Shown here: positions 62,861 through 64,000 of the stretch, one piece after another
Position numbering within the stretch: position 1 is the stretch's first letter
How the letters are laid out: every line of letters starts with the position of its first letter
Assembly: GCA_013239625.1 (NCBI GenBank)
Contig: MU054187.1
Location: 25,050,433-25,114,432, forward strand
Reading direction: 5' to 3'
Origin: Lama guanicoe
Lineage: Eukaryota
DNA length: 64,000 nt
The notes under the pieces: generated by a model
Told to the model about the DNA's origin: nothing
Database searches by the model: none
Seen by the model: only the letters and a program-made list of their open reading frames with translations
Made by a program: the position numbers and the translations under genes

Positions 62861-64000
62861 TACTGGCTTCCCCTCCTCCATCCTTGGCTGACTCATGGAA
62901 GCCTATGAATCTCTCTTAGCCTGGATGAAGCTAGGTCTAATTAGAATCCCAATTTCACTCGTGGTATTTCTTGCCATTACCTTGTCCACATCACTGCTGT
63001 GGTGTCTGGAACAGTGCCAGCACCCCCCCCCCATACATTAGCCCTTCTTGGTTGAACTCTGTCTGCAAGTTCTGCCCTCTTAGGTACACAGTTTGCTGGA
63101 AGATTATAACTTAAAACAATGTTTTCCTCTGGCCCATGAGAGCACCACTGCATTTAGGGCATCCTCCTTGGAACTTGTAGATGCCTCCTTCACCTCAGCT
63201 TTCTCTCCCACTGCTCCTGGCACCAGGAGAGTCTATTCTTGCTTCACACTGCTTTTTACTACTGTATGTCTTGCATTTTTTTCTGAGCAAATCTGACTTT
63301 TCTTTTCTGATGGAACTGTCTTAAGCTCTAATTGCCAGAGCACTAACACAATTCCTATTTTTAGGTAAGGCCAATCTGTCTAATGCATTAGTCCTACCTG
63401 GATTCCTGACTCTGTTATCACTTCAGTGTACACTGGATGAAACACATATTTTATCCTTCTGCACAGCACTGTCAGCATTTCTGTTCTCTCACACAGCATC
63501 AGCTCCAATTATCACCATAAGAGGATCTGTTCTTCTGGTTTAAAACTCAATTCTATTTATCTTTTCTGTTTCTTAGCAGCTGAGCTCAACTCTGTCAGGC
63601 CTCTTCACATGGAGAGACAATTTTCCGAGTGCCATTCCCTTCCCAGATAGCAAATAATCTCCCTGGCCCAGGGATCTCCAGAGAGGTACTTAAGGACAGT
63701 CAAATTAGTGCACTTTTACCATTCATTATCTTTAAACATTTGGAAATTAAAACAGAAATAATTTTTCAGTCTCTTACTGCAACAAAACTTGTACTATTAT
63801 TTGAAAGATTATTATGCAGAATTAACATAACCAGGCAATTTTATGTGTACTATCAACAGAAAAAGAATTTAGGTATCAAACAATAGCAGAAAGTGTTCAG
63901 CTCAGAACTGAGAAAGAATCCCTTATGCATGAAACTTTTTTTAAAAAATAAGATTTTAGTTTTCTGCCTTGGGGATAAAGGACAATTGCTAGTGGACAGA

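Overview
AT-rich mammalian non-coding DNA, most likely from a camelid (camel/llama/alpaca lineage), because it carries a tRNA-Ala-derived vic-1-type SINE at 42952-43091. I find no intact protein-coding gene. The supplied ORFs are fragments of decayed LINE-1/LTR elements, microsatellite artefacts or short chance frames. Most of the window is transposon-derived: several near-full-length L1s with internal deletions or inversions, two inverted copies of one ERV1 LTR+leader, an ancient ERVL integrase/dUTPase remnant, solo LTRs, MIR, L2, MER2 and MER5. The only recognisable gene-derived feature is a full-length RPL39 processed pseudogene inserted into an ERVL LTR. The most notable observations are architectural: a roughly mirror-symmetric ERV>L1>[3 kb island]<L1<ERV arrangement, a twin-priming-like L1, a probable L1 3' transduction, an orphan poly(A) retrocopy, and four solo LTRs in one L1 5'UTR. 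I see no convincing evidence of a novel biological system. Repeat family names come from recalled consensus similarity, not a database search, and most boundaries are approximate unless a target-site duplication (TSD) is given.
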